Source: Lophium mytilinum
Lineage: Eukaryota
DNA length: 64,000 nt
NCBI GenBank assembly: GCA_010093605.1
Contig: MU004188.1
Location: forward strand, 933,673 to 997,672
Direction: 5' to 3'
Numbering within the stretch: the stretch's first letter is position 1; the number at the start of each line of letters is the position of its first letter. Of this stretch, positions 63,986 to 64,000 are shown in pieces. Position numbers and translations under genes: made by a program. Below the pieces are notes generated by a model, which worked only from the letters and a program-made list of their open reading frames with translations, was not told where the DNA came from and did not search any database.

Positions 63986-64000
63986 TATTAAACTAAATAA

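Overview
Gene-dense, intron-rich genomic DNA from a filamentous ascomycete (Pezizomycotina; GT-AG introns with CTRAY-type branch sites). About 23 protein-coding loci can be supported. Conserved genes include PSF1, SSD1, GLE1, a CPD1-like 2H phosphodiesterase, a Vsb1-like SLC26/STAS/cNMP transporter, a GH35 beta-galactosidase and an HMG-box transcription factor. Two things stand out. (1) A four-gene module at 27.5-35.3 kb (APC permease / secreted agmatinase-type ureohydrolase / Zn2Cys6 regulator / MATE exporter, arranged as two divergent pairs) in which every gene carries its own inactivating lesion while the flanking genes are intact. (2) A 227-bp Tc1/mariner-type MITE (CAG-start TIRs, TA duplication) inside a small intron at 55.1-55.3 kb, with the same element expanded into a RIP-like-mutated head-to-tail array at 63.07-63.98 kb. 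No tRNA, rRNA or CRISPR array was recognised. Gene models were spliced by eye and products assigned from remembered family motifs, not database searches.
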